Of a stretch of DNA of 64,000 bases, positions 52,200-64,000 are shown one piece after another. Every line of letters begins with the position of its first letter. The first letter of the stretch is position 1. The stretch covers positions 37,140,001-37,204,000 of the forward strand of contig NC_087447.1 of NCBI RefSeq assembly GCF_036321535.1, read 5' to 3'. Origin of the DNA: Camelus dromedarius. Taxonomy: Eukaryota. Position numbers and translations under genes: made by a program. Below the pieces are notes generated by a model. It worked only from the letters and a program-made list of their open reading frames with translations, was not told where the DNA came from and searched no databases.

Positions 52200-52810
52200 A
52201 CAGGGGAGCTAGGTTCACCTGCCCTTTGGTCATGAGTCTGTCACACATCTGCTAAGTCACTTCAGCTCACTTTGCCTCCTCTAAGATAACATCAGTTTCC
52301 TTACTAAGGAAATGGAGATCAAGTTGCCAGCCATACCTACTTTGTAGTGTTGCAAGGAACAGATAGCTCGCAGATGTCATGTATGGGTGGAAAAGTGGTA
52401 ATGTTACCATCCTAACTTTACAAATGAAGAAACTGATGCTCCAAGAGATGAAATGAGTCCTCTGAGGTCACACAGTCAATGAGTGACAAAGCTGGAGCTC
52501 AGATCTGAGGCTTCTGACCCCAGAACTCTTCCCCTTCCCACAATGCCCCCACTACATAAACGAAAGATAACAGCAGGAAGAAGGAGATTAACAGCTTGTG
52601 AGTGCCTCCTCTCTGCCAGCCGCTTCAGGCACAGCACGCCATTGACTGTCCACACAACAGTCTAAGGTTGGAGGTTAGTTTTCTTACATGTTTTACAGTT
52701 GAGAAAACTGGGTATCCAAGACTTCCCATGATCTACGCAAAGCAAAAGAGTCATTTCAAGAGCTGGTTTTCAAACTTAGCCGTGTCTGACTGAAAAGCCC
52801 GTGCTCCTTC
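52200..52810. mobile_element. Three MIR fragments (+ ~52200-52390; - ~52400-52540; - ~52590-52810)
   Basis: tttacaaatgaagaaactgatgct...gaggtcacacag; ttttacagttgagaaaactg...tgtctgactgaaaagcccgtgctc. Confidence 0.7.
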
Positions 52811-54304
52811 TCTCTCTTGTTTCTTTTCACAATACTCTCCAGATATTGGCATGCTCTCCTAAAATCCATATGCATTTAGATAAGGTTCAAATCAATTAGT
52901 TCACATTTTGCTGCTGAGGCTCCTTTGTGCCAAAGGTGATCAAGGTGCTTCCACTTTCATGCATTCAAACCCAATGAGGCCTCTTTCCCGACTTCTTGCA
53001 TGACAGCCCAGAATTGAGAACCACGATGCATATGGTGTTTGCAAAATGCTAGTTGTGTATGGGTGTTTAAACTTTAGTTTTGCAGCTTTTAATTTATTTA
53101 TGCAAGCAAGCCTCCTTTCATGAATTTTAATCTGTGCTGCTTTAAAGAAGTGCTTTCCAAATGGGACAGCATTTGTGATCACCACTAAGCCATTCTAACT
53201 GCTTGCAGGCCTGGGGAGAGAGGCAGCGGAGAATATTAGCAAGCTCTGAGCAGTCCCTGTGTCATCCCGGGCATTGTGGCATAAAATGCGCTTCGTGTCT
53301 AGAAAAAAAGACCCTGTGACTTGAGTCTTTGGTTATTTTTAATGCTGAGTGGCAGAACCACAGGGAATATTATGAGTTCCAAGATTTCTGACAGGAGGGA
53401 CTTCCAGCCGAAGTGCTTTCTTCAGGAGAGAGAGAGAGACACTGCTACAAGTCTTTATTCATTTATTTATCATGCTTCAGTTCCCTAAGAAAGAAAACAC
53501 TTCTCCTGTGCAGGGGAAATTGCTTCAATGGATAGATTGCATTTAAATAATTTAAGTATAAAATTACTCGAACAGGCCGACTGATATTTCAAAAATGAAA
53601 CAGTCACAATCACTTAAGAGCACTGGCAAAGTTCGTAATTTGGTGAGAAGATGAGGTGCGAGAAGAGGCTCGTGTCTGACTCAGGGAGAGTGGGTCTCTG
53701 TCCTGCCCACTGGCTGCCCCAGGTAAATGTGGTTTCTGGTTAGGTCATGCAAGGAGAGGGTGGGTCTTGCAGTTGCCACACCCTTGAAAGAGACATAACT
53801 GTCCTCAACTTTGGCTCTAAAACGTGGTTTTAGTTTTTATCTGAGCAGCTGGGAGAAGTAGAAAAGGCGCTGGACTGGAGTCCAGTCCAGAAAACTCATA
53901 TATTGTCTGCATGAGCCCACTGCCCAACCTCTGTGGTCCTTGAGGTCTTTGTCTGTGCAATAGGATGGTAATGCCAATCCCACAAGGCTGTCAGGGGCTC
54001 AGTTAGTTTCCTGAGAGGACCCAGCGTGATGCCTGGCACATAATGATCCTTGGCGTCATATCACAGCACATACTTCCATGTATCTGGGAGGCTGTTCCTA
54101 CAGAGATGCCACCTGGGCCTAGAGAGAGTCTTTCCATTCTCAGGAAGACATCATCTGTGCCAATAGTAGGCTTCCTGTGGTCTGCCCATTTATGCCCATA
54201 CAGAACACTGTTAGACTGAGGAGGTTCTCCCCTCCCTGTGCAGATGGCATTTCTTCAGTTGGTTTTATGTCCACTAGGACCCTGAAGAGCCTGGCAAAGA
54301 AATG

Positions 54305-54562
54305 GCTCTGTAGTCAAATGCATTTGCAAAATGCTACACTTCGCATAGCCCTTTTAGAGATTTACCACGCACCTTGACGTGCCAAAGGTTCTGAGAATTC
54401 CTGCAGACAAGAAACTTTTTACCTTAAATTCAGCTTCACTCTGCATTTATTAATCTTATTTGGCAATGAGAGCCTCCCTTTCCCACCCCTACACCAAATG
54501 CCCTATTAATATCCTTTGGAATGTTTGCTTAGTTACTGAAATATATTTTGGGAAACTCTCCT
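54305..54562. mobile_element. Ancient hAT-Charlie-type MITE fragment (subfamily uncertain)
   Basis: aaaggttctgagaattcctgcagacaagaaac...ctattaatatcc...tattttgggaaac, a terminal-repeat-like end. Confidence 0.45.
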
Positions 54563-55259
54563 AAGGCAGTTCTTCCTCCTTCCATCCGATTCTATTACCT
54601 TCTGTCTTATTTCCCTCTGGACACAAAAGGACCAGCTTCAGGGGGTTTCAAGGTCTTCTTCTGTTTACTATTAACTAATTAATTAAGCAAAAGCACTAAG
54701 TGCTGGGCTTCAGATCCATAAAGCATCATCCATACGATGCAGAGTCACGACAGGAAATAGACACATCATAGGGAAGATTTAATCCCTGTGTCTACTGTTA
54801 CTAGTGTGTGTGAAGTAAGCGCTGGGTTGGGGGATGGAGATGGGGATGAAGAGAGGCACCTCATGACTGGCCTGGGCGTGGCAGCTGAGGCCACCTGGAG
54901 GAGAAGTCCAAGGGCTGCTCTGTTGTCATCATCGCTTGAGGGGATTTTGCTGGAGGCGTTCTAAATTCTAAGGAAGCAGCTTGTACGGGTGTGGGTGGCA
55001 GCTTCTCAGTAGCACCAATGTTTACTTTGAAGAGAAAATGTCTGCTTTGTAGGCAAATGTTTTCAGCATGGAAATGATCATTGCAATTGCTGTGGTTGTC
55101 ACAAATGTTTCATCAGAGCCGATAAAGCAGCTGAGTGTTGGCAAAATCGATGAAAACATCTTGAGAAGTGTTCGCTGCCTACTTAGCCGTCTGTGGCTCA
55201 TCTGGTGTGAGGGAGGAGGGGAAGGAGGCGGTGAGCTGAGGCCACACAGGAGATGCAGA

Positions 55260-55750
55260 GAGGCGGCGTGGTATTGTAGATGGGCACACAGGCTTTGCAG
55301 TCAGATTGCTTTGTTTTCTCTTCTAAGCCCTGTGACCTTGGACAAATTACCTAACTTCTCTGTGCCTCCCTTTCCTCATTTGGAAACTGTGGATAATAAT
55401 AGTACTGACTTAATTGTGTTGTTTGTTGTAAGTATTTAAATAAGTCAATAAGTACTCACCACTTAATAAATATTAGTCGATATATTAAGTTAATATAATA
55501 ATCTGAGTTTCAAAATCCTTATCCCTATTTGCCTCACCTGCTAGAGACCACTATTTATTCGACAAGTATTTATTTAGCATCTTTAATGTACCAGACGTTG
55601 TCCTAGGGGCTGGGGACTTGATGGTGACCGGGCCAGACCAGGCCACCATTTTCTCGGAATTCTCTTTCTGCTAATCAGACAAATAAATAAGATGCCTTCA
55701 GAGAAGGAAAAATGCTATAAAGAACATACATTAGAATAATGGACAGGAGA
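55260..55750. mobile_element. MIR (+, ~55260-55480) followed by L2 3' end (-, ~55550-55750)
   Basis: ctgtgaccttggacaaattacctaacttctctgtgcctc; atttattcgacaagtatttatttagcatc...gtaccagacgttgtcctagggg. Confidence 0.78.
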
Positions 55751-56779
55751 ATGCAGTAGAGTCACAGATTCCCCACTATACTCAGATGGGAACAAAGGAA
55801 ACATATTTTATCTAAGTTTCTAAACTTTTTTTGGGCCAGTCTTCATGTGTTTCCTGATGGTTAGCATGGGAAATAATTAACTTTCTTAGTCTAGTGTGTA
55901 ATTTTGATCTTATGCAAGAATCTAAAAAGTCTATAGAATCTCGCTTCTCTTCCTTTGACTGCAAATCAAGATGACAAGAGGGAGGAGAAGGTCCTATCTG
56001 GGATGCTGTGTCATTCTGGAGGGGGTCCTTAGATCCTTGAGGCATTCCTGTACTGTGCTCAGGCTTCTCTGGTCTTTGAAGCCATGCATTCTTCTGTTTG
56101 CTGACATTCACCCCATTTGTGCCGTGTGTTTTCTAAGCTTCGCTTCTCTCCCTCAGCTCCATCTGGACGCCCTGGCTAACTGATGCTCATCTCAGCTCTT
56201 CTTGGCTCTTTAGACCTATCTGAGGCTCTGGCTCCGCCAAGACACCACCAGCCCTGGCCCCCACGCTGTGTCCTCTGCTGGGAGTCATTGCTACCATTGT
56301 TACGGCGGACTCTGTGTCAACTGCCTTTTGGGTCACCTTTCAGGAACTTCAGAGTCTTTTACACACCCCATGGGAACCAAGAGGAGCCTACAGCAGAGTT
56401 ATAAGCCAGCACCTCCTTCTACCGACACTTTTGCAGGGTCAGAGTGGCAGGGGAGGGGCCAACAGCTGGGAGGTGCTCCTTCCCCAGGGCCCTCTGACTG
56501 AAGCAGGGCAGAAAACTCCTCGTCCATGCTCCCCTCACCACAGTCTGTTTCTAAGCCACTCCCTTTAAGAGTTAGCCTTGAGATGAGGAGGAGGACAAAT
56601 GAAAACCCTGGCGTCTCTTCCTCCTCCTCTGTCTCTATTCTTTCTCTCAAAATCCCTCACACAGAAAAGAAAGAATTCTCTTCCTTTTATGTCATAACCT
56701 TCTTCTACCCTAAGGTTAAAAGTCTCACACCTGGACTCCCAGTGTCTTCTCTGACTTATAAAGAGCTTATAAGTCATCG

Positions 56780-59590
56780 CTTCCATCTTTACAACTAGAA
56801 AAGCTGAGAAAATGAATAATCAATGACTTTTCTTAGACCTTTCAGAGAACTAAGATAACAGGGTAAACCAACACCCCAAGATTTGGTGAGACTGGTGAAT
56901 CTAGAGAGATAAAGGTAAGATTTAGGGACCTGGAGCCAAAACTGCTGGATTCCTGGAGCCATAAACTTGTAGGAACACTAAAATGACAATGTTGATGAAT
57001 TGTTCGAGGCTGATTGTGGGCCAGCATGAGAGTGGAAAACTCCTGGGGGTGGTTGCAGTCTTAGGGGAGCCACACACTCATGGGTTTTCCCTCTAGGAAC
57101 CCTGCTAGATTCTCATGGTGAAGCTCCAAGAAGGATCCCCTGGTGGCTCTGGCAGGGAAAGGGGAAGAGTAATCACTGTGAAGTATATTCACAGAACTTT
57201 CCATAACAAAGGCCTACTCTCCAGAATGTTATCCCATCTAGGAGGAAGGCAAGTAGCCAACTCCAACCCACTCTAGTTTTCCTGTCCCACCTAAGGGAGA
57301 AAAAAGCCACAGAAACATTGGAAAGGTCACAGCCCAGAGACATAGGTCTATTAAGAGACCAAGATTTAATCATAAAATTATACAATGTTCCCCCTCTATC
57401 CACCTGAGCCCCTCATACACAGGGCTTCAGCATAATACTGATAGATTTTAGCTGAATGAACTGTTAGATTCTCTCTGAGAAAGAGTACTTAGGGAAGCCC
57501 AAAGACAATGGCGGAGATAAAAACAAAGGTACAGGGGAAATTTTAAACCGCTAATACCCTACAGCAAACATTAAACATAGCTGAACCCTAGCCAAATTGA
57601 CATAAATTCTCACATTTAAGACCTATTTACTTCAGTTCCTGGTACAATATGTCTGGCTTTCAGTAACAACAAAAATTATAAGGCATATCTAAAAATCAAG
57701 AAAAACATGGTTCAAAGAGACAAAGGAAGCATGAGAACCAGACTCAGATGATACAAATGCTGGAATTATCAGTCAGGGCATTTAAAATATCTATGATGAA
57801 TATGTTAAAAGCCTAATGGAAAAATCGGGCAATATGAAAGAATAAATGGGTAATATAAATAGGGATCTGGAAATTCTAAGAGAGAATCAAAAGGAAATGC
57901 TAGAAGTTCAATAGACTGTAACAGAAATGAAGAATGGCCTTGAGCTTATCAGCAGACTGGACACAACCAAAAAAAGTATCAGTGAGCTTGCAAATAGGTC
58001 AATAGAAACTTCTGAAAGTGAAATACAAAGAGAGAAGTGAATGGAGAAAAGAAAGAAAAAGAGCAACAGAATGTTTGTTGGGCAATTTCAAAACATATAA
58101 CATGTGTATTGAAATATCAGAAGAAGAAGCTTAAATAGGATAGAGCAGAAGAAATCTTTGTAGTAATAATGGCTGGGAATTTTCCAAAATTAATGACAAA
58201 CACCAAATCTCAGATCCAGAAAGCTCAGAGATCATCAATAAATACCCGAAATCTACACCTATGCCTAGGCATATCATATTCAAGCTACAAAAAAGCCGGG
58301 GAGCGGGGGAAGACAAAGAGAAAATCTTGGAAAGAAGCCAGGGCAGGGGATGGTGGTGGGAAGAATCTTACCTATAAGATAATTACAGTAGACTTCCATC
58401 AGAAACCATACCAATAAGAAGAGATAGAGTGAAATATTTAAGTCTTAAAGAAAAAAATACCAACCTAGAATCCTATATCCAGTAAAATTATCCCTCAAAA
58501 GTGAAAGAGAAATAAAGACATTTTCTGATAGACAAAAAATTAGAGAATTCATTACCAACAAATCTTCATCACAAGAAATGTTAAAATTTTTTTTCAAGCA
58601 GGAGGAAAATTTTATGTCAGAACTTGGATCTACATAGAAGAAGAAATGAAGTAATACATGAAGATGAATAAAAACTTTTAAATCTCTCTTACATTTGACT
58701 GATAACTAAAGTAATAATAGTAACAATGCATTGGGTGATTACAGCATAGAGATAAGTGAAGTGAATGATGACAATGCATAAGGGAAGGGAAGGAGGAACT
58801 GGGAATAGTATGTTTATTCATAAATACACATGAAGCAGTAGAGTGTTAACTGGAGGAGCAGTTAGACTAGTTAAAAGTGTATATTGGAAACTCCAGGGAA
58901 ACTAGTAAAAAAATTTTTAAAGAAGTATAATCGATATGCTAAATGGAACCAAATAAAGTGCTTTTCCAATTTTGAGATGTTCTGGAAGAGGCAAAACTAC
59001 AAAGACGGTGAAAATATCAGCAGTCAGCAGAGGCTTGCAGGGAGAGAGGAAGGGCTGAATAGATGATATCCAAGGGATTTTGATAGAGCAGTGAATCTGT
59101 TCTGTGTGATGCCGTAATGGTGAGTACATTACACTATACATTTGTGAAAACCCTTTATAGGTTTTATAGCAAAAGAGTAATCTTTAATTATGCAAATTAA
59201 AAATCATTTAGGAGGTCGAGGATCTCAGGATGGAATGTAAAATGTGACAAAACAATGTAACTGTTTTACAAATGTATAAAACAACTTCGTTGAAAGGGTT
59301 GGGGTAAAAAGGTGCTGACATAAATAACTTTGGAAATGAATGGAGTCTGGAAGATAAAGTCGAAAGAAACTGTACATAAGCACTGTATTCTAGTTGATAA
59401 AATTGTTCCCCACGTTATATATGTTAACAATTGTGACACCACTATAAAGGTATCTGGAATTGAACAAATAAATGAATAGTAGATGGTGGGAACCAGGTTT
59501 CTCACTGTTGGAGTAGAGGTTAGAAGTAAGCAAAGGAAAGAGACTGATTGATTAGTGCTGGAAACATCAGTATGAACTCATGTTTAGCTT
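56780..59590 (+). mobile_element. L1MC-type element: 5' UTR, decayed ORF1 and inter-ORF region joined to an L1MC3-like 3' UTR, with ORF2 absent
   Basis: ORF1 remnants (58169-58417 MAGNFPKLMTNTKSQIQKAQR; caacctagaatcctatatccagtaaaattatccctcaaaa = QPRILYPVKLS). 3' UTR from ~58965: ttctggaagaggcaaaactac...cactatacatttgt...caggatggaatg. Confidence 0.85.
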
Positions 59591-60703
59591 TATGGAGTTC
59601 CGGGGAAGTCACCTTGCTTGAGGACAATTTACTCATAGTACCTGAAATGGCTTTTGTTTCACTTTATTTTCTGTGTCAAAATGTATAAAACTTAGAGATT
59701 CATAGTTATTAATGAAGAAACAATCATAGTACAATCTTACAAGTCATTCAAAGTAAGGTAAAAAAAATTAATCAGACTGTTGTCCTAACAGCAAGTCAAG
59801 ATTAATTCTTTGACTCAGAAGGAGGAGGGGGAAGGGGCTTTTTTTTAATGAGAAGGGAGAGTAAAGAATAGAGAGAGAACTTTTAAGCATGAGGAATGAA
59901 TGGCAAAATACTTAACTTCTTCCCAGAAGTTTCCTCATCTAAGGAAGTTCCCCCACCTAAATATAGTAATACCAAATTCCTGAAGTTATTGTGAGGATTA
60001 AATCAGATAACTAAATATATATAAAGAGCCACTTTATTATTATTACTATTACTATTACTACTGTGTATTTCTGTGTAACTTACCGCTGGCTTTCTACTAT
60101 AATTGTATCTCTGCATCCTTATATCATTTTACTGTATTGTAGTGTGTCTAAAATCTGTTTAAAATAATAATGTCCTTTATAAGTAAATGATATAAATGTA
60201 AATAAAACGAGAACACTATTTGTCACCCTAGTGCTAAATCCTACTGTGGAATCCTGGAACAGATAAAGCTTAGACACAGGGATCAGTGAATGGAAATGAT
60301 ATTTGTGTTGAATGTGGTAGGAGAGACCCTCCCCTGACACTGCAGCTCAACCCACATCCAGCTCAGGCCTGGGAGCAGAAACAGGGTCCTGCATTGCCAG
60401 GCCCTTGCCAGATGCCTTGCACTCAGGGAGGAAGGAAAAGCGCATCCAGTCACAGACTCTGCTTTCAAGCTGTCGTAGGCCAGTGGCTGCTGTTGGAGAG
60501 GATTTGGGAAGGAGTAAGGAGAAAGGAGAAGTCAGGCTGAAAGCGTGGAGTGTGGAAAATCATCATAACCACAGCCATGGGAAGTGAATGCCCTAGAGCA
60601 GAACTCCCTGTTGTAGGCAAGACAGATGCTTAGCTCTTCATGCTCCAGTTCCTCATCTGTGAAATGGTGATGAGGGTGTGGAGAAGACCTGAACCACACC
60701 TTG

Positions 60704-61298
60704 CAGGGCTTCCCAATCTTTTTTTTTTTTTTTTTTTTGACCTCTTTAGAAGTCTGTTGATCTACCTGTCGATCCTATCTTTGTCTGGGCTCTTCCAGAA
60801 GCAGATCCTGAATACAAGTAATTTATTTAGGAGTTACAGGAAATAACCATAGAGAAATGGGAAAGGAAAGGCAGCCAAACAAAGGTAGACAACTGGAGCT
60901 TAATCCTGCAGGCTATCCTGGGGTGAGGAGTGCAAAACCACTTCTCAGCATTTTCCCACCTGAAGCGGGAGGGAGCTGGGGTAATTACACACCTGCTCCT
61001 GGGCGTTACCACCCTGGCACCACCAGCCTGCACAGCCAATGCTGCTTTGCATAGTAGCTGGGATAGAGAGCTCTCAGGCCCAGAGATGCAGAGACTGGCA
61101 GTTAGAACCAGCTGGAGCATCCAGAAAGGTCTGGGGATATGCAGAGGGGTGCTTCCAACATCTGCTACAGACCCCCTTCTCAGAATAATGTTTTGAAATA
61201 CATAAAATAAAATTCATAGGATTACAAAGAAAACCAATTACATTGAAATTCAGTTCTATCCACAGACCCCTTGGGGGACCCCAGGTTAAGAAACCCTG
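60704..61298. mobile_element. hAT-Charlie MITE split by an ERVL-type LTR (~60768-61169, minus strand)
   Basis: MITE ends cagggcttcccaatc / ggttaagaaaccctg are imperfect inverted repeats; right half gacccccttctcagaataatg...aaccaattacattgaaat. LTR: ccagaagcagatcctga...tttatttaggag...acatctgctaca. Confidence 0.6.
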
Positions 61299-62797
61299 GT
61301 AAGGTTTCTTTTCAATGTGAAATTATATGGTTTGATGACCTAAGAGCACGGATTGTGTTACTCTGCCAGGAGGTGTTTAAGTTCGGCACAGTCTCCGTAG
61401 AAACTACTTCAGAGGAAAAATGTGCTAGCCCAACCTGACAATCCCCTGCAGCTCAGGGACTATGAATGAGGCTGTTGGCCCCTCTCACTCTCTTTTTATT
61501 TTTTACAGTGTTTATTTTGCCTTGTTTATGTTTCTGCGTTTTTAATGTGTCCTTTGTTGGCCCCAAAAGCACCACGGGGCAGCAATTTGCCTGCATCACC
61601 CTGGTGGCTGCTCTGCCCATCTCAGCTGTCCCTGGGGGGCTCTGTCTTTAAAGTCATGCATCTAAAGTGCAAGGACCCTAGGGCCCCCTGCCATGCAGCC
61701 ATGGCGGGCCGGGACCCATTCTGTGGCACCATGGTGCCAACAGGTGGCTGCGTGTGGAGCATCAGAGCTGCCGCCCCTGGGAGCTGCTCACCACGGAGAC
61801 ACCACCCACCTCCTAATGTGCCTCCATGGCTCTGTTACTCACAGCTAAATTACAGTATTATGACTTCATTGTTGAGTCCCAATTCTCCTAATTATAGCCT
61901 AGAGATCTATTATTTGATTTGGTAACACCAAGTGCTTCTTTTCTAAATCATGTAATCTCTTGTAGCTTATTAATGTCAGGTTTGCGCACACGCAGGGACT
62001 TGGTTGTTTGCCAGACAGAATCAAATTTTCAAATTTTCGCTGTGTTATGTTACAGGGCTTTGCTTGTTACAATCTAATTATATTGGCACTGAAATACCGA
62101 AAACCAATTTATATTAGAAAGCACTTTAACTCTTTCTTCGGAGTGCATTTACATGCAGAAGTGTCTGCCACACCATTGGTCTTTTTGTTTTTCCTTGGGG
62201 AAATTCCTTCTGGGAAAGAGGTAAAACTAACAGTTCCTTTCTGTTCAAAAGTCTGCTGTTCATGGACCAAAACTCTGAATGCAGCCATTCTCTAGCTGGA
62301 AGCACGGGGAAGGAAGGGAGCACGCCTCTCCCATCTCTCTGTGGGCTCCTTCAGGCCTCCCTGCTTGGGGGTGTCACCTGCCCCAGGCCTCCGGAAACCC
62401 CTCTCCTGGTGGGTGTCACCTGCTGGCAGACTGTACCTGGCCTTGGACCATTTTACCTCTTTCCGGCCCCTTCTTCCCTTCAGACATATTTTCCAATGCT
62501 CTGTTTTTTACTGGGGGCCGATGGATCCTTTGTTCTGAAGACTTTGCCAAGGAGGGACTTGCTGCCTGTAAAAGTTGCTCCAGCAGTGGGACCACCCTCA
62601 TCATCCTGCTTTGCCTTTTCAGGCAAAGTGACTACTGCATCTGACCATCAGGGAATTTGTCTAGCCACTCTGTCAGTCTCCTTAGTAATGATCCCAGGAA
62701 CGCTGTTCCTTGTCAGATGGTTATCACGGGGAATACAATCTATATCTAAATCATCCAGTATCCTCCCTTTAAAAAGGGGCCCCAACATCCTCCCGGC

Positions 62798-62952
62798 TCT
62801 TTTTTTTAAAAGACCTTAGTTTTTAAAGCAGTTTTAGGTTCACAGTAAAATTGAGAGGAAGGTACAGAGATATACTAATGTACCCCCTGCCCTCACGCAT
62901 GAAGAGCCTCCCCCTTTATAAACATGTCCCCCAAGAGCAGTATGTTTGTGAC
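62798..62952 (-). mobile_element. L1MC/L1MD extreme 3' end
   Basis: tttttaaagcagttttaggttcacagtaaaattgagaggaaggtacagaga. Confidence 0.8.
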
Positions 62953-62954
62953 TC

Positions 62955-63375
62955 TGGCTCCAACTGCACTTCACTCAGACCATGCTCTTGCTCACTCCTG
63001 AACTCCAGCCACAGAGTTTTGTTTTGTTCTGTTCTGTTTTTTCCCAGTTTCTCTTTCCCACTCTTGGGCATCCGTACCCGCTCTTTCCTCTGTCTGCAAT
63101 GCTCTTGGTATTTCTGGCTCCTCACCCTTCACACTTGAAATAAAATGTCACTTCCTTAGAGAGAACTTCCTTTGCCTCTGTTTAACCAGGTACCACCCCT
63201 CCTCCGACCCCGTTTTATGTATTCTGCCTTGTATGTATATGTTTTCTTCCTTTTTATCTCTGCCCTGCTCCTCCCTGAGACTATATGATCCAGGAGGGCA
63301 GAGATTTTGTTTGGGTCACCACTACACTTCTAGTGCCCAGCCCAGTGCCTGGCACAGAGATGGAGATCCATCAGT
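62955..63375 (+). mobile_element. L2 3' region
   Basis: aaatgtcacttccttagagagaacttcc...gagggcagagattttgtttgggtcacc...tctagtgcccagcccagtgcctggcacag. Confidence 0.75.
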
Positions 63376-64000
63376 AAGTGGTGAGGAAAGGGGCAAACGC
63401 ATCCCAGGAAAGGTATATCCTTTGCCTCATAGTGGAGAAGAAGACAAGCGTGCCAGCTCTTTGGACTTGTCTGGCTCTCCCTCTTCCTTCCTTGCTCCAA
63501 CCCTGGGGACCTGCTTCACTGTGCCTGACGCTATAGGGTAGGGCCAGTCTGCCACCCCTGGGCAGGAAGCCAAAACCATGGCAGCTGGCACAGCTGTGGC
63601 TCAGTCTCTCCGTCCCAACTTCTCTGCTGGAGCCTGAACTGCCGACACAGGACCCCCTGTATGAACTGAAAGCCTCACCCTCCACGGCACCTTTCCTGGT
63701 CCTTCCCTGGATGTGGTTCTCATGTGGTGCCCACATGTGCCACCTGACCGGTGAGCTAGTGGCAGCTGAGGACCTGGCAGTAGCCATGTTAGGAAGCAGT
63801 GCCATTGATCTAAGTGAAGGATGAGGTGGTGTGAGGCCAGAAAAGCCCCCATTCAGGGCAGACACTGAGTCACAGAAGGGGATGGATGGGAAACAGACAA
63901 GACCTCCCCTAATGCAGGGAGGTTAGCCGGGCACACACTGCTCCACAGATGTGACCCTGCAGAAACAAGGACACAGGAAACTTGCACCTACCACACTGCT

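Noticed and set aside
1..64000. Supplied ORFs (60-185 aa, e.g. 62262-62819, 63371-63865, 36846-37271) as genes
   Set aside because: No recognisable domains, many overlap on both strands or lie in repeats, and many use non-ATG starts. Only L1-derived fragments are recognisable, and they are broken. Small spliced exons cannot be excluded without alignment.

Overview
Mammalian non-coding (intergenic or intronic) DNA. I find no supportable protein-coding exon, RNA gene, operon-like cluster or CRISPR array. The supplied ORFs are short, and the only ones with recognisable protein content are decayed LINE-1 ORF1/ORF2 pieces. Much of the window is interspersed repeat: L1 of several ages, HAL1, L2, L3/CR1, many MIRs, MaLR/ERVL/ERV1 LTRs and hAT MITEs. 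A tRNA-derived SINE at 34839-35037 and two short L1 3' tails resemble camelid (alpaca/camel) elements. Family names are from recall of consensus sequences, not a database search, and most boundaries are approximate. I do not see a novel biological system. The best directly visible oddity is a 57-bp segment (9539-9595) copied almost exactly into the body of a young L1 3' fragment 1759 bp downstream (11298-11354), which looks like a templated-insertion repair scar. Also noted: two L1 copies with large internal deletions, a clean solo ERV1-like LTR, a 45-bp tandem duplication, nested insertions, and several repeat-free, homeobox-motif-rich blocks that are candidate enhancers.
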